From a virus, in the IMG/VR virus record IMGVR_UViG_3300046787_000390, positions 69,498 to 133,497 of that record: 64,000 nucleotides of DNA, one strand, 5' to 3'. The first letter of the stretch is position 1. Every line of letters begins with the position of its first letter. The position numbers were made by a program, and so were the translations under genes. A model generated the notes under the pieces. That model ran no database searches. It was given only the letters and a program-made list of their open reading frames with translations, and was not told the DNA's origin. Below, in pieces: positions 37,633 to 47,541 of the stretch.

Positions 37633-39222
37633 GTGGCAATTGTTCAAATATCAAGAATTACAAACCGAAAAGGTTTACAAGTAGAATTACCTCAACTTGC
37701 AGGTGCTGAATTAGGCTGGAGTATCGACGAACGTAGATTGTTCATCGGCAACGGCACGATTGCAGAAGGTGCTCCAGTAGTTGGAAATACAGAAATATTA
37801 ACTGAGTTTTCTGATATTTTAGCATTCCAAACTACCTACACTTACAAAGGAGACGCCGCAGGGTATACTGTGCAAACTGGCGCAAGTGCAGGCGCACCGG
37901 TGAGCCAAAGTCTACAAAGTTGGCTGGACCAATGGGCTAGTGTAAAAGACTTTGGTGCAGTAGGCGACGGAGTTACTGACGACACTGATGCGATCAATCG
38001 TGCATTGTATCAATTATATTGCCGTGAAGTTAACCCGCAAGTTCGTAGAAGTTTATTTTTCCCAGCCGGTGTTTACTTAATTAACGAGACTATCGTAATT
38101 CCATCATTTGCTACTATATACGGCGAAGGCAAAGACAATTCAGTTATCAAGATGGCTGCTGGCGACGACAGCGCTCTTCGTGCTTATGTAGCAAGAACAG
38201 GCGACAGTTTACAACAAACTGGAAATAACATTGGCAGCAACGGAGCAATCACTCCTAGATATATTACAGTAAAAGATATTGGCTTTGAAACAGCTGACAA
38301 TTATGGCGATGTACTATTAGTTCAAGATGCCGAGAATTGCTCTTTTGATAGAGTAAATTTTATGGGCTCCCTGACAACAGCCGATCTAACCACTGATGCA
38401 GACAACATGTCGGGTGTGAGATTTGCAAGTTCTGCATCCTTGGTATGCCGTGCAATTACATTTGATAATTGTACATTCACTGGCACAACATACGGCGTTA
38501 ACACAGACCAACAAGTTGAAGGCATTACTGTATGCAACAGCAAATTTGACACACTCTATCAAGGTGTTGTACTAGGCGAAGGCACTCCTGTGTTAGGAGG
38601 CCCAACTGGATTTAGAGTTGTTAACAACTTCTTTGACAATATCTACGCTGAGGGCATAGTCTTTGGAGATGTTGCACTTAACGCAACCGCTAACAATATT
38701 TTTTATGGAGTTGGCAATCATTTCAACGGCACAACAAGTCCTGCTACAGCAGTAATATTATTTAGAACATCTAACAATATCAGTGTTGGCGACATGTTTG
38801 AACGAGCACCTGCTTACTCAACTACATATCTGCGTATTGATATATCAAATCAAGCTAGCATTGGTTTTGTTGGCGGCGAGATTCTTAAAATAGGTCCAGT
38901 GGAACTTAATGCAAGAGCAGCAACTACCCTAACTAATAACACTACCGCTGAGCCGATTTATGTATTTGATGAACTGACAATCCGATCGGTAACTATGAAC
39001 TACAGTATCACTCGTGATACTAGTGTCCGCACTGGAACATTTACAGTTGCGCCAGCAGGCGGCGGTACCTTGACTTATAGTGATGATTATACCGAAAACA
39101 GCCCTACTGGTGTTACATTTACAGCGTCTCAGGTAGGCGATGAGATAACTATTGAATATACTACAACTAATACTGGTGTAGATGGATCTATTGCTTTTAC
39201 AATCACTGACTTCCGCGTTTAA
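37633..39222 (+). CDS. Tail fibre/baseplate protein with Mtd-N-like N-terminus and pectate-lyase-3 beta-helix
   Basis: RKG...LPQLAGAELGW; SVKDFGAVGDGVTDDT; FFPAGVY; TAAATA at 37603. Confidence 0.75.
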   Translation: MAIVQISRITNRKGLQVELPQLAGAELGWSIDERRLFIGNGTIAEGAPVVGNTEILTEFSDILAFQTTYTYKGDAAGYTVQTGASAGAPVSQSLQSWLDQWASVKDFGAVGDGVTDDTDAINRALYQLYCREVNPQVRRSLFFPAGVYLINETIVIPSFATIYGEGKDNSVIKMAAGDDSALRAYVARTGDSLQQTGNNIGSNGAITPRYITVKDIGFETADNYGDVLLVQDAENCSFDRVNFMGSLTTADLTTDADNMSGVRFASSASLVCRAITFDNCTFTGTTYGVNTDQQVEGITVCNSKFDTLYQGVVLGEGTPVLGGPTGFRVVNNFFDNIYAEGIVFGDVALNATANNIFYGVGNHFNGTTSPATAVILFRTSNNISVGDMFERAPAYSTTYLRIDISNQASIGFVGGEILKIGPVELNARAATTLTNNTTAEPIYVFDELTIRSVTMNYSITRDTSVRTGTFTVAPAGGGTLTYSDDYTENSPTGVTFTASQVGDEITIEYTTTNTGVDGSIAFTITDFRV

Positions 39223-39647
39223 TGTGGCCAAAAACCTTTCAGCTCAGGCTCGATGCCTGGGCTAGTCTACGACAACAAATCCAAAAAGAAAGTGCTGAAC
39301 AAGCACTGACTACTATTAACCAATGGTGGTTTCAAACTCCCTGGCGTGCATACCATTTGCATTGGGACGACCAAGAAACTTGGCCTGATCCCTGGGAACT
39401 TTTGAGCGACAATCTCTACTGCGATGTTGCAAGAGGGCTAGGAATCATGTATACTATTAGTTTGCTAGACCATGCAGATTTAACGGATGCAGAGCTGGTT
39501 TTAACGGATGAGGGTCACAATTTAGTCCTAGTCGACAAAAGAAAATATATACTGAATTGGGATGCAGAGAACATCGTAAATACCAACCATAACACAAGAA
39601 TTAAAAAGATCCTGACCCAAAGTCAGGTACAGCAAAAATACAATTAA
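39222..39647 (+). CDS. Transglutaminase-like (BTLCP-type) papain-fold protein
   Basis: P.ELL...YCD, GHNLVLV, YILN give a candidate Cys-His-Asn triad. Confidence 0.45.
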   Translation: MWPKTFQLRLDAWASLRQQIQKESAEQALTTINQWWFQTPWRAYHLHWDDQETWPDPWELLSDNLYCDVARGLGIMYTISLLDHADLTDAELVLTDEGHNLVLVDKRKYILNWDAENIVNTNHNTRIKKILTQSQVQQKYN

Positions 39648-39658
39648 TAGAGTAGAGA

Positions 39659-41977
39659 ATGACACAAATTACAGTAGTAAAACGAAGTGGACGTAAAGAG
39701 CCACTACACATTGAAAAATGGCAATCCCAAGTTGCTAAAATTTGTCAAGGTATAGCTGATGTAAGTCAGTCAATGATTGAGATCAAAGCGCAGTTGCACT
39801 TTTACGATGGAATTACAACACACGAAATTGACGGTATCACACTTCGTGCTATTGTTGACTTGATTGATGTTGAATCAAACCCAGATGTAGGCCACACTAA
39901 CTACCAATACGTAGCAGGCAAGCAACGTTTGAGCATGTTACGCAAAGACGTATATGGTAGCTACGAAGTTCCGAACTTGTACGAGATCGTAAAGACAAAC
40001 GTAGCAACTGGTTTGTACACTAGTGAACTGCTAGAGTGGTATACTGAAGAAGACTGGAACCGAATGAATGACATGTTGGATCATTCTAAAGATGAACAAT
40101 ATTCTTATGCAGCCATTGAGCAGTTGATTGAAAAATATCTAGTTAAGAATCGTAGTACAAAGCAAACATATGAAACTCCACAGATCAGATACATGGTCGC
40201 TGCGGCGACGGTATTCCACAAAGAAGAACCAAACAGTGCCCGCATGCGTTACATTAAGGAATACTACAATGCCGCCTCGGACGGCCTTTTCACTCTCGCT
40301 ACTCCTGTGCTTGCTGGTTTGGGGACTCCTACTAAACAGTTCAGTAGCTGTGTTCTTATCCGTTCTGATGATGATCTTGATAGTATTTTCGCATCTGGGG
40401 AAATGATGGCCAAGTATGCTAGCAAGAGAGCTGGCATTGGTTTGGAAATTGGTCGTCTACGCTCATTGGGTTCACCGATTCGCGGCGGTGAGATTCAACA
40501 CACAGGTATGATTCCCTTCTTGAAGAAGTGGTTTGGAGATTTACGTTCATGTTCACAAGGCGGTATCCGTAATGCAAGTGCCACTGTTTTTTATCCCATC
40601 TGGCATCATCAATTCGATGATCTTATTGTGCTCAAGAACAATCAAGGAACCGAAGAAACCCGTGTCCGACACATGGACTATGGGGTGGTGCTTTCTGCTT
40701 TTTTCTGGCGTAGATTTAAACACAAACAAGATATCACGTTCTTTGACCCTAACGAAGTACCGGATCTTTACGAAGCATTCTATCGGGACACTAAGTTATT
40801 TGAAGAACTTTATGTCAAATATGAAGCTAGATCTGACCTCCGGAAAAAGACTATGTCTGCAGAAGAAGTATTCAAATCTGGTATTCTTAAGGAAAGAACA
40901 GACACTGGTCGCATATATCTAGTGTTCATTGACAACGTGATGAACCAAGGTCCATTTGACCCTGAGTATCACGCCATTTACCAGAGTAACCTTTGTTGTG
41001 AAATTCTCCTTCCTACAAAACCTTTCAAACGCTTGGATGACGCCGAGGGTCGCATTGCTTTATGCACACTGGGCTCAATCAACTGGGGTGCTTTCCGCCA
41101 TCCTGAGGACATGCGCCGTGCTTGCCGTATTTTGCAACGCTCGCTCTGTAACATCCTTGACTATCAGGACTTCCTCTCAATCCAAAGTCAGTTGTCCAAT
41201 GATGAGATTCAGCCACTTGGTATCGGTATTACAAACCTTGCTTACTGGCACGCCAAACGTAGCTTTAGCTATGGAGACTCAGACGCCTTGGCCGAGGTTA
41301 AGTCCTGGATGGAACACCAGGCTTACTATCTTACTGAAGCAACCGTGGAGCTTGCTAAAGAACGCGGCCGTTGTAAGGATAGCGACAAGACGTGGTATGG
41401 AAGAGGCGTGTTCCCATGGGAACGCCGTGCTGTGGGTGTCAATGAGCTTACAAATTTTGATCCTGAATTAAACTGGGAAGGCTTACGTGCTGAGATGAGA
41501 GCATGGGGTGTGCGTAATGCAACACTAATGGCAGTGGCCCCGGTTGAGTCTAGCTCAGTTGTTATCAACTCAACAAACGGTATTGAAATGCCAATGAGCT
41601 TGATCACTGTTAAAGAATCTAAAGCAGGTTCGCTAACACAAGTTGTGCCAGAGTATCACAAGTTGAAGAACAAATATCAACTGATGTGGGCACAAAAGGA
41701 CTGTGACGGTTACTTAAAAACTGCGTCTGTTATTGCAGCGTATGTTGATCAGTCAATCTCAACAAACACATTCTATAATCCTGCACATTTTGAAGGACGC
41801 AAAGTTCCGACTACATTGATTGCCAAGAACTTGATGCAGGCACATCATTGGGGATTAAAAACATTCTACTATAGTTTGATCAACAAACAAGGTAGCAAAC
41901 AAAAAGACGACGCATTGGTGGATTTACCACACAACATTGAATTAGTCGAGGACGACTGCGAGGCATGTAAATTATGA
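39659..41977 (+). CDS. nrdA: Ribonucleotide reductase class Ia alpha subunit
   Basis: ATP cone VVKRSG, QFSSC, SNLCCEI, APVESSS, KTFYY, CEACKL. Confidence 0.97.
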   Translation: MTQITVVKRSGRKEPLHIEKWQSQVAKICQGIADVSQSMIEIKAQLHFYDGITTHEIDGITLRAIVDLIDVESNPDVGHTNYQYVAGKQRLSMLRKDVYGSYEVPNLYEIVKTNVATGLYTSELLEWYTEEDWNRMNDMLDHSKDEQYSYAAIEQLIEKYLVKNRSTKQTYETPQIRYMVAAATVFHKEEPNSARMRYIKEYYNAASDGLFTLATPVLAGLGTPTKQFSSCVLIRSDDDLDSIFASGEMMAKYASKRAGIGLEIGRLRSLGSPIRGGEIQHTGMIPFLKKWFGDLRSCSQGGIRNASATVFYPIWHHQFDDLIVLKNNQGTEETRVRHMDYGVVLSAFFWRRFKHKQDITFFDPNEVPDLYEAFYRDTKLFEELYVKYEARSDLRKKTMSAEEVFKSGILKERTDTGRIYLVFIDNVMNQGPFDPEYHAIYQSNLCCEILLPTKPFKRLDDAEGRIALCTLGSINWGAFRHPEDMRRACRILQRSLCNILDYQDFLSIQSQLSNDEIQPLGIGITNLAYWHAKRSFSYGDSDALAEVKSWMEHQAYYLTEATVELAKERGRCKDSDKTWYGRGVFPWERRAVGVNELTNFDPELNWEGLRAEMRAWGVRNATLMAVAPVESSSVVINSTNGIEMPMSLITVKESKAGSLTQVVPEYHKLKNKYQLMWAQKDCDGYLKTASVIAAYVDQSISTNTFYNPAHFEGRKVPTTLIAKNLMQAHHWGLKTFYYSLINKQGSKQKDDALVDLPHNIELVEDDCEACKL

Positions 41978-43074
41978 GCAAACAACAATACAATCTAAAC
42001 ACCAAGACAGACTACTTGAATCGCAAGATGTTTCTGGATCCAGCAGGGCCAGTTACCATTCAACGTTTCGAGGAAGTCAAGTACAACAAGCTGGCCAAGT
42101 TCGAACAAGAGGCTCGTGGCTTCTTTTGGGTCCCTGAAGAAGTGAGTCTAACAAAGGACTCGCAAGACTTTAAAGATGCAAGTGACACAGTAAGACATAT
42201 TTTTACCAGTAACTTGTTGCGCCAAACAGCATTGGATAGTTTGCAAGGCCGTGCGCCGACCCAAGTGTTTACACCTGTGTGTTCTATTCCTGAACTAGAA
42301 GCATTGATGTATAACTGGGGATTCTTTGAAACTAACATTCATAGTCGCAGTTACAGCCATATCATTCGTAACATCTACAACGTGCCAAAGGATGTGTTTA
42401 ACACAATCCACGACACACAAGAGATTGTTGATATGGCAAGCTCGGTTGGTAACTATTACGATGCATTGCATATTATCAATTCCCGAAAGGAAGTTGGCGA
42501 AGCTGTAAACGAAACAGAACATATCAAAGCAATTTACATGGCACTGCATGCAAGTTATGCATTGGAAGCATTCCGTTTCATGGTATCGTTTGCTACTTCA
42601 TTAGCTATGGTAGAGAATCGTATCTTTATCGGCAACGGTAACATCATTGGATTGATTCTGCAAGATGAAATTCTACACAAGGACTGGACTGCTTGGTTGA
42701 TCAATCAGGTTGTTAAAGAGGATGCAAGATTTGCTGCTATTAAATCAGAATGCGAAGCTGAAGTATATCAGTTATACATGGATGTTATCAGAGAAGAAAA
42801 AGCATGGGCAGACTATCTGTTCAAACACGGACCAGTGATTGGGTTGAATGCAAATATTCTAAAAGACTTTGTAGACTACACAGCAGTCGGTGCATTGAAA
42901 GAAATTGGTATCAAGTATCAGACACCGTCTCCAAAGTCAACTCCGATTCCATGGTTCAACAAACACGTGAACACAAGCAAGAAACAAACTGCACTCCAAG
43001 AAAACGAATCGACTAACTATGTTATTGGCGTAATGAGCGACCAACTTGACTACGAGGAACTACCGGATCTATGA
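41974..43074 (+). CDS. nrdB: Ribonucleotide reductase class Ia beta subunit
   Basis: FFWVPEE, ETNIHSRSY, LEAFRF, DEILH. Confidence 0.97.
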   Translation: MSKQQYNLNTKTDYLNRKMFLDPAGPVTIQRFEEVKYNKLAKFEQEARGFFWVPEEVSLTKDSQDFKDASDTVRHIFTSNLLRQTALDSLQGRAPTQVFTPVCSIPELEALMYNWGFFETNIHSRSYSHIIRNIYNVPKDVFNTIHDTQEIVDMASSVGNYYDALHIINSRKEVGEAVNETEHIKAIYMALHASYALEAFRFMVSFATSLAMVENRIFIGNGNIIGLILQDEILHKDWTAWLINQVVKEDARFAAIKSECEAEVYQLYMDVIREEKAWADYLFKHGPVIGLNANILKDFVDYTAVGALKEIGIKYQTPSPKSTPIPWFNKHVNTSKKQTALQENESTNYVIGVMSDQLDYEELPDL

Positions 43075-43505
43075 GACACTTAATTAACAAAGTAACTGAA
43101 TCAATCACTGATGACTGGTTTAATACTGGCGCATTTAAGTGTGCTAAAGATTCGACTGCACGTGAGAAGTTTGAAATTGCGACCACGCCTGGCACGTTAG
43201 AAACACTAGAAGGTCCTGTAAAGTACGAAGCAGGCTTTTACATTCTTACAGGACCAAAGGGCGAACAATATCCTATGTCACCTGAGACTTTCCGCAAGTT
43301 AAAAAAGGACAACGGGGATGGCACAGCAACTCCTGTTGCTATTCCTAAAATAGCAAAGATAGCAGACCACTCAGGCACTGTAAACACAAGTTGGGGCGAG
43401 CCTTTACATTACACTCCGGGCGAAGATATTATTGTGCGCCATGGTCCAAACGACTACGGCGTTGTAAAGAAAGACATCTTTGCACAAACATACAAAAGAT
43501 TATAA
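43071..43505 (+). CDS. PGDYG-like protein (tandem repeat domain)
   Basis: ETLEG...GPKGEQYP and TSWGE...PGEDIIV...DYG..KKDIFAQTY. Confidence 0.6.
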   Translation: MRHLINKVTESITDDWFNTGAFKCAKDSTAREKFEIATTPGTLETLEGPVKYEAGFYILTGPKGEQYPMSPETFRKLKKDNGDGTATPVAIPKIAKIADHSGTVNTSWGEPLHYTPGEDIIVRHGPNDYGVVKKDIFAQTYKRL

Positions 43506-43516
43506 GGAAAAACAAA

Positions 43517-43771
43517 ATGATTAAAGTATATTCAAAACCCAACTGCCCTTATTGCGATATGGCAAAGCAGTTACTTGAAAGCAAAGGCGTTGCATTTGAA
43601 GCAGTTGACATTTCAGTAGATGCCGACGCACGACAAATGCTTATGGATGCAGGATTCCGTTCTGTGCCACAGATTTATAATGGAACACATCATATCCCTG
43701 GTGGCTATCAAGGCTTAGCAGGAATGACAGCGGAAGAGTTCGCTGATAAAGTAGCAAACACAAAGGGATAA
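43517..43771 (+). CDS. nrdC: Glutaredoxin
   Basis: CPYC, RSVPQI, GGY. Confidence 0.9.
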   Translation: MIKVYSKPNCPYCDMAKQLLESKGVAFEAVDISVDADARQMLMDAGFRSVPQIYNGTHHIPGGYQGLAGMTAEEFADKVANTKG

Positions 43772-43772
43772 C

Positions 43773-44072
43773 ATGTTAGAAGTAGGAAAAGTTTACACAT
43801 TCAAATTCAACTCAGGCGAAGAAGTTGTTGCAAAATATTCAGCTGAAGTAGTGGGCGACTTTATTGCAGTTACTAGTCCTGTAAGTATTGCACCAGGACC
43901 ACAAGGTATGGGTCTAGTGCCCAGTATGTTTACTGCTGATCCCGAGCAATCTGTGACAATAAATACTAACAGTATTGCAATGTATGCCGAGACTGATGAA
44001 TCAGTTAAAGCCAAATACATTGAGGCAACAACTGGTATCACAATACCGGACAAAAAAATTATAATGGGATAA
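43773..44072 (+). CDS. Sm-like fold phage protein
   Basis: FKFNSGEEVVA...P...GLVP pattern typical of T4-like Sm-like proteins. Confidence 0.55.
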   Translation: MLEVGKVYTFKFNSGEEVVAKYSAEVVGDFIAVTSPVSIAPGPQGMGLVPSMFTADPEQSVTINTNSIAMYAETDESVKAKYIEATTGITIPDKKIIMG

Positions 44073-44079
44073 GAACTTA

Positions 44080-44412
44080 ATGGATTATGTAGGAACGGCG
44101 TCGAAGTTTCTTGGTAGTGGCGGTGGTGTTCAGCGAGTAGGTGACATCAGTTCAGGTGGCGGCATTATTGTTGGTCCAGGCCACGACGATATACTTGTTA
44201 ACGGTCGCCCGGCTTCTAAACCACTTGACCTTGTTACTCCTCATTGGGGGTGCAGTCCTCAGAAATGGTGGCACTGTATTACATTCACTACTGGGTATCC
44301 TGGTGCAAAAGGTGTAAAAGCTAATGGACAACCGTTAGTTATGGATGGCGATAAAGATACTTGTTTTGAACATAGTAGAATATACGGAAGTAACAATGTT
44401 AAGGCGAGATAA
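44080..44412 (+). CDS. PAAR-like spike tip protein (gp5.4-like)
   Basis: RVGD, VNGRPA, VTPH, V.ANGQP...GD..TC.H...GS.NV. Confidence 0.7.
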   Translation: MDYVGTASKFLGSGGGVQRVGDISSGGGIIVGPGHDDILVNGRPASKPLDLVTPHWGCSPQKWWHCITFTTGYPGAKGVKANGQPLVMDGDKDTCFEHSRIYGSNNVKAR

Positions 44413-46409
44413 TGGTCATCGGACAACTAAGTTCAGTTAATTTAATTGCAGCAGCAGGTATACTTGGCAACATAGGCGGTTATCCACTTGGGCCCAATGC
44501 AGTGATGACAGCAAATATTGCAACATATGATGATATTAATGTTATTGCCCAGTTTACTAATGTCAAAATAAGTGGTAATATTTTATCTAACACTACTGCA
44601 ATCTCACTTGACAATTTAGCTAGTAATATTTTTCCAGTATTAACAAACGCGATACCCGTCGATTATATTAGCTCACTCGGTAACACACCGGCTACAGGAT
44701 TTACTACCGGTGTGTTAGTGCCACATGTTAACTACATAATGGGCAACGGCGACCCGGGCATTTTTGAACAAGTGTTGGCATTGTCTGATTCATATGTTGT
44801 TACAAATAATCTAATGATCAACACTGCACGTAACGCAAACAATTTATCTGCGGTTACAACTTATCAATCCCAAGACGTAACTGTAACCGGGGGATTGAGT
44901 CAAATTACGCAGGCATTCCCAGAGTTCGGTGCTGATTTTGCATCGCTGGGGTTCGCAATTAATTTTGAAAAATTATCGAACCTCGGAAGTCCTCAAGCTC
45001 TGCTAGAGCAAATTTATTCTCGTGGTAGCGGCAAGTCTGAACTCAATACAGCTCTGCTTAATGCAGGGATACCTCAAAGTGTGCTAGATAATCTTGGCAA
45101 TATAAACATGACGCCGGAGCAACAAAAGATTGCATTTGATGTTATGACCAAGATTACCGGTTCTGCACTATTGCAAGTTCTTAGTTTACTAAAGGTTATA
45201 ACTCGTGGAATAACCAATCTTGCTGATTTGCTGAACCCTGTTAAAGCATTTCCTAGAAGCTACAACACATTAACTGCACCGACATCTAACGGCGTTCGTG
45301 GAATATATGTTAACAGTTCCGGAGCAGTGAATACCAATTTAGAAACAATATTGCCAAGAAATGTATTGGTGCCAATAAACGGCTACCAAAACGTGCAGAA
45401 TACATATTCTCAATTAAAAAATATTATACCGCCAGACTGGGCATTGGCCAACAAAGCATTACAAGCAGGGCTTGAGCAAGCTACTACTATTTTTAATTCA
45501 AACGGACCATTGTTTGGTGCCGCAACAAACGGACTAGAAAGTAACAAAGGACTTGATTTAATTAATGCACTCACTTCTCCGTTGCCGGCAGAAGTCAGCA
45601 GCTATTTTGATAGCACTTTGTCCTCTGGTTCTGGAATCAATGGAACCTTCATACTTGCAGATTTAGTTGGCACGGCAGGCGGCTGGATAGTTAACGATAA
45701 TTTACCTATTGCAGTTTCGACGTTGGCTAATATGTCAAGCAACGGAAATTTAATTACATTGACCAATGGCACCAACGGTGTGTTTACAGTAATGCAAAAT
45801 GCACTCGACGGCGACTATACTATTGAAATTCCAGGAATACTTCCTGACCCTTCGACTTATTATGTAGAAATCCCATCTGGGTTGCCGGGTGCCGGAACGT
45901 ACGGTGTCTCTGGCTCGCCGGGCGGCGCAATCAGTAATGCATTCGATGGCCCAGGAACGCCGGGCATTGGGTTGATACCTGCGGCATACTCATTAATCGG
46001 TAATATCGTTGCTAATGCTACTGGCAATGTAACTATTGCAAATTCAGCGTGGTCTAACATCGCAGCACAAATAGCGTTTGAAAACTCTTCACAGACCCAA
46101 GCAAATATTGTTCCATCTAGTTTGATTGGTGGCACCAAGCCCACAACGCTGGCATTGAATATTGCGTCTTATGGCAAAGAAACCACAGTTGGCGGCGCAG
46201 CCTGGTTCTTGGAATCTGTTGCAAACACCTCAACACTTGGTGGTCAAGCTATTGTATCGACCATGCGAGAAGTTCGCAATCAAGGTAGATTACAAGAAGC
46301 TGGCATTCAACCTGATATTATTGTTAGTAGCGAAGGGGTTGAACCTCAACAAACTTTCTCTGCCGGTCAGTACACAGTAGCAGAAGCAGTAGCACAAAAA
46401 ATCATCTAA
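44412..46409 (+). CDS. Large Asn/Thr/Gly-rich virion protein (baseplate/tail)
   Basis: Follows the PAAR-like gene; composition; GQAIV..MRE.RN C-terminal motif. Confidence 0.55.
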   Translation: MVIGQLSSVNLIAAAGILGNIGGYPLGPNAVMTANIATYDDINVIAQFTNVKISGNILSNTTAISLDNLASNIFPVLTNAIPVDYISSLGNTPATGFTTGVLVPHVNYIMGNGDPGIFEQVLALSDSYVVTNNLMINTARNANNLSAVTTYQSQDVTVTGGLSQITQAFPEFGADFASLGFAINFEKLSNLGSPQALLEQIYSRGSGKSELNTALLNAGIPQSVLDNLGNINMTPEQQKIAFDVMTKITGSALLQVLSLLKVITRGITNLADLLNPVKAFPRSYNTLTAPTSNGVRGIYVNSSGAVNTNLETILPRNVLVPINGYQNVQNTYSQLKNIIPPDWALANKALQAGLEQATTIFNSNGPLFGAATNGLESNKGLDLINALTSPLPAEVSSYFDSTLSSGSGINGTFILADLVGTAGGWIVNDNLPIAVSTLANMSSNGNLITLTNGTNGVFTVMQNALDGDYTIEIPGILPDPSTYYVEIPSGLPGAGTYGVSGSPGGAISNAFDGPGTPGIGLIPAAYSLIGNIVANATGNVTIANSAWSNIAAQIAFENSSQTQANIVPSSLIGGTKPTTLALNIASYGKETTVGGAAWFLESVANTSTLGGQAIVSTMREVRNQGRLQEAGIQPDIIVSSEGVEPQQTFSAGQYTVAEAVAQKII

Positions 46410-46443
46410 AACGGTTGACCAAAAACTCCTGATCTCTTATACT
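46409..46443 (+). promoter_or_regulatory. Early promoter repeat copy
   Basis: AAACGGTTGACC-N17-TATACT directly after a stop codon. Confidence 0.8.
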
Positions 46444-46470
46444 ATAACTGTAGTAAGAAAGGAGCCCAAA

Positions 46471-46665
46471 ATGGCAGAAGTTAAACTCGCAGGACTGTAT
46501 AAAGTCACAGTTACTGAATATGAGTCAGGTTGGGGGCAACGTACTGATCCTGAGGACACTAAATTCTTTACAACCTACGAAGAAGCTGTTGCATACAAAA
46601 AGCACTGGGAAACGGGCGGTACACCAGAGTACTACTTCCGTGCTAGTATTGAACAAGTAGTGTAA
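46471..46665 (+). CDS. Small early protein
   Basis: AAGGAG RBS; EYESGWGQR motif. Confidence 0.75.
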   Translation: MAEVKLAGLYKVTVTEYESGWGQRTDPEDTKFFTTYEEAVAYKKHWETGGTPEYYFRASIEQVV

Positions 46666-46718
46666 AGTATACATTTTTCCATCCTAAAAAGTAGTACTTT
46701 TGTAGTATTACTTTTTGG

Positions 46719-46747
46719 TTGACCAAATACTCTATTTCGGTTATAAT
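46719..46747 (+). promoter_or_regulatory. Early promoter repeat copy
   Basis: TTGACC-N17-TATAAT preceded by GTANTAC boxes. Confidence 0.85.
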
Positions 46748-46753
46748 ACATGT

Positions 46754-47080
46754 ATGGAAATTAAAAAGCAATCACGTAAACGCCGTCAAGATACCAAGCA
46801 TGCTGTCTACTGCATCACTAACACGGTGACAGGTGAACAGTATGTGGGTATCACAGTTTGCGGCCAGCAAGTTCGCAAAGCACTCAAGGTGCGTATCCAA
46901 AAGCACGTTCGCCGCGCAGTTACAGAAAACAAGACCTGGGCACTTTGCGAGTCGATCCGCACTTACGGTGCAGAATCGTTTACTTACGGCGTGCTTGAAT
47001 TGGTACGTGGTCGCAAGCCAGCTCACGCTCGTGAACGTGAACTGATCCGTGAATTTGCACCAGCTCTGAACACCCACTAA
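46754..47080 (+). CDS. Stand-alone GIY-YIG nuclease domain
   Basis: VYCITNTVTGEQYVGIT, R...H, ERELI...P.LN. Confidence 0.8.
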   Translation: MEIKKQSRKRRQDTKHAVYCITNTVTGEQYVGITVCGQQVRKALKVRIQKHVRRAVTENKTWALCESIRTYGAESFTYGVLELVRGRKPAHARERELIREFAPALNTH

Positions 47081-47136
47081 AACGGTTGACCAAAATTTAC
47101 CGATTTGCTATAATATACACATAAAGAAACAAAAGG
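47080..47136 (+). repeat. 57-bp early promoter/RBS repeat, copy A
   Basis: Identical to 49541-49597 except for one base. Confidence 0.92.
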
Positions 47137-47144
47137 TGCTCAAG

Positions 47145-47291
47145 ATGAAAGTAAAAGAATTGATAGAGCTGTTGTCCAAGTTTGATGGTGAGTCCGAGTT
47201 GCGTGGCTCTTACAACGGCGGCGAGTATGAGTCCGTTTTGGACTTTTTAAAAGTAGAAGAAGTTGACGGCAAGGTTTGGTTGTTGGACTAA
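47145..47291 (+). CDS. Small early protein (48 aa)
   Basis: Read by hand; MKVKELIELLSKFD. Confidence 0.7.
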   Translation: MKVKELIELLSKFDGESELRGSYNGGEYESVLDFLKVEEVDGKVWLLD

Positions 47292-47301
47292 GGAGTAATG
47301 T

Positions 47302-47541
47302 ATGTCTAAGATTACACTTGAAAAAGGTTCGTGGGGCGACTATACTGCCTACATTGACGGTGTAGAAGTCAAATGTGAATCGGGTAGCATTAAACTTGAT
47401 CGTGCCGATTTGCTCGAAGAAGTTCTTGCACAAATGGGCATCGAAGTTGAAACTCGATTCCACTATTATGTGACCCGCGAAGTGGACGGCAAGGAACGTG
47501 GTGTGCGTGTGGACCGTGTTGAATCTAACATGAAAGCCTAA
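47302..47541 (+). CDS. Hypothetical protein
   Basis: AAGGAG RBS. Confidence 0.7.
   Translation: MSKITLEKGSWGDYTAYIDGVEVKCESGSIKLDRADLLEEVLAQMGIEVETRFHYYVTREVDGKERGVRVDRVESNMKA

Noticed and set aside
37633-39222. Diversity-generating retroelement target, suggested by the Mtd-like N-terminus
   Set aside because: No reverse transcriptase and no TR/VR repeat pair differing at adenines were seen in the window
39659-43074. Introns or inteins in nrdA/nrdB
   Set aside because: Both are of ordinary length and uninterrupted
44412-46409. Many N-x-S/T sequons as evidence of N-glycosylation
   Set aside because: Expected by chance from the Asn/Thr/Ser-rich composition; no oligosaccharyltransferase seen
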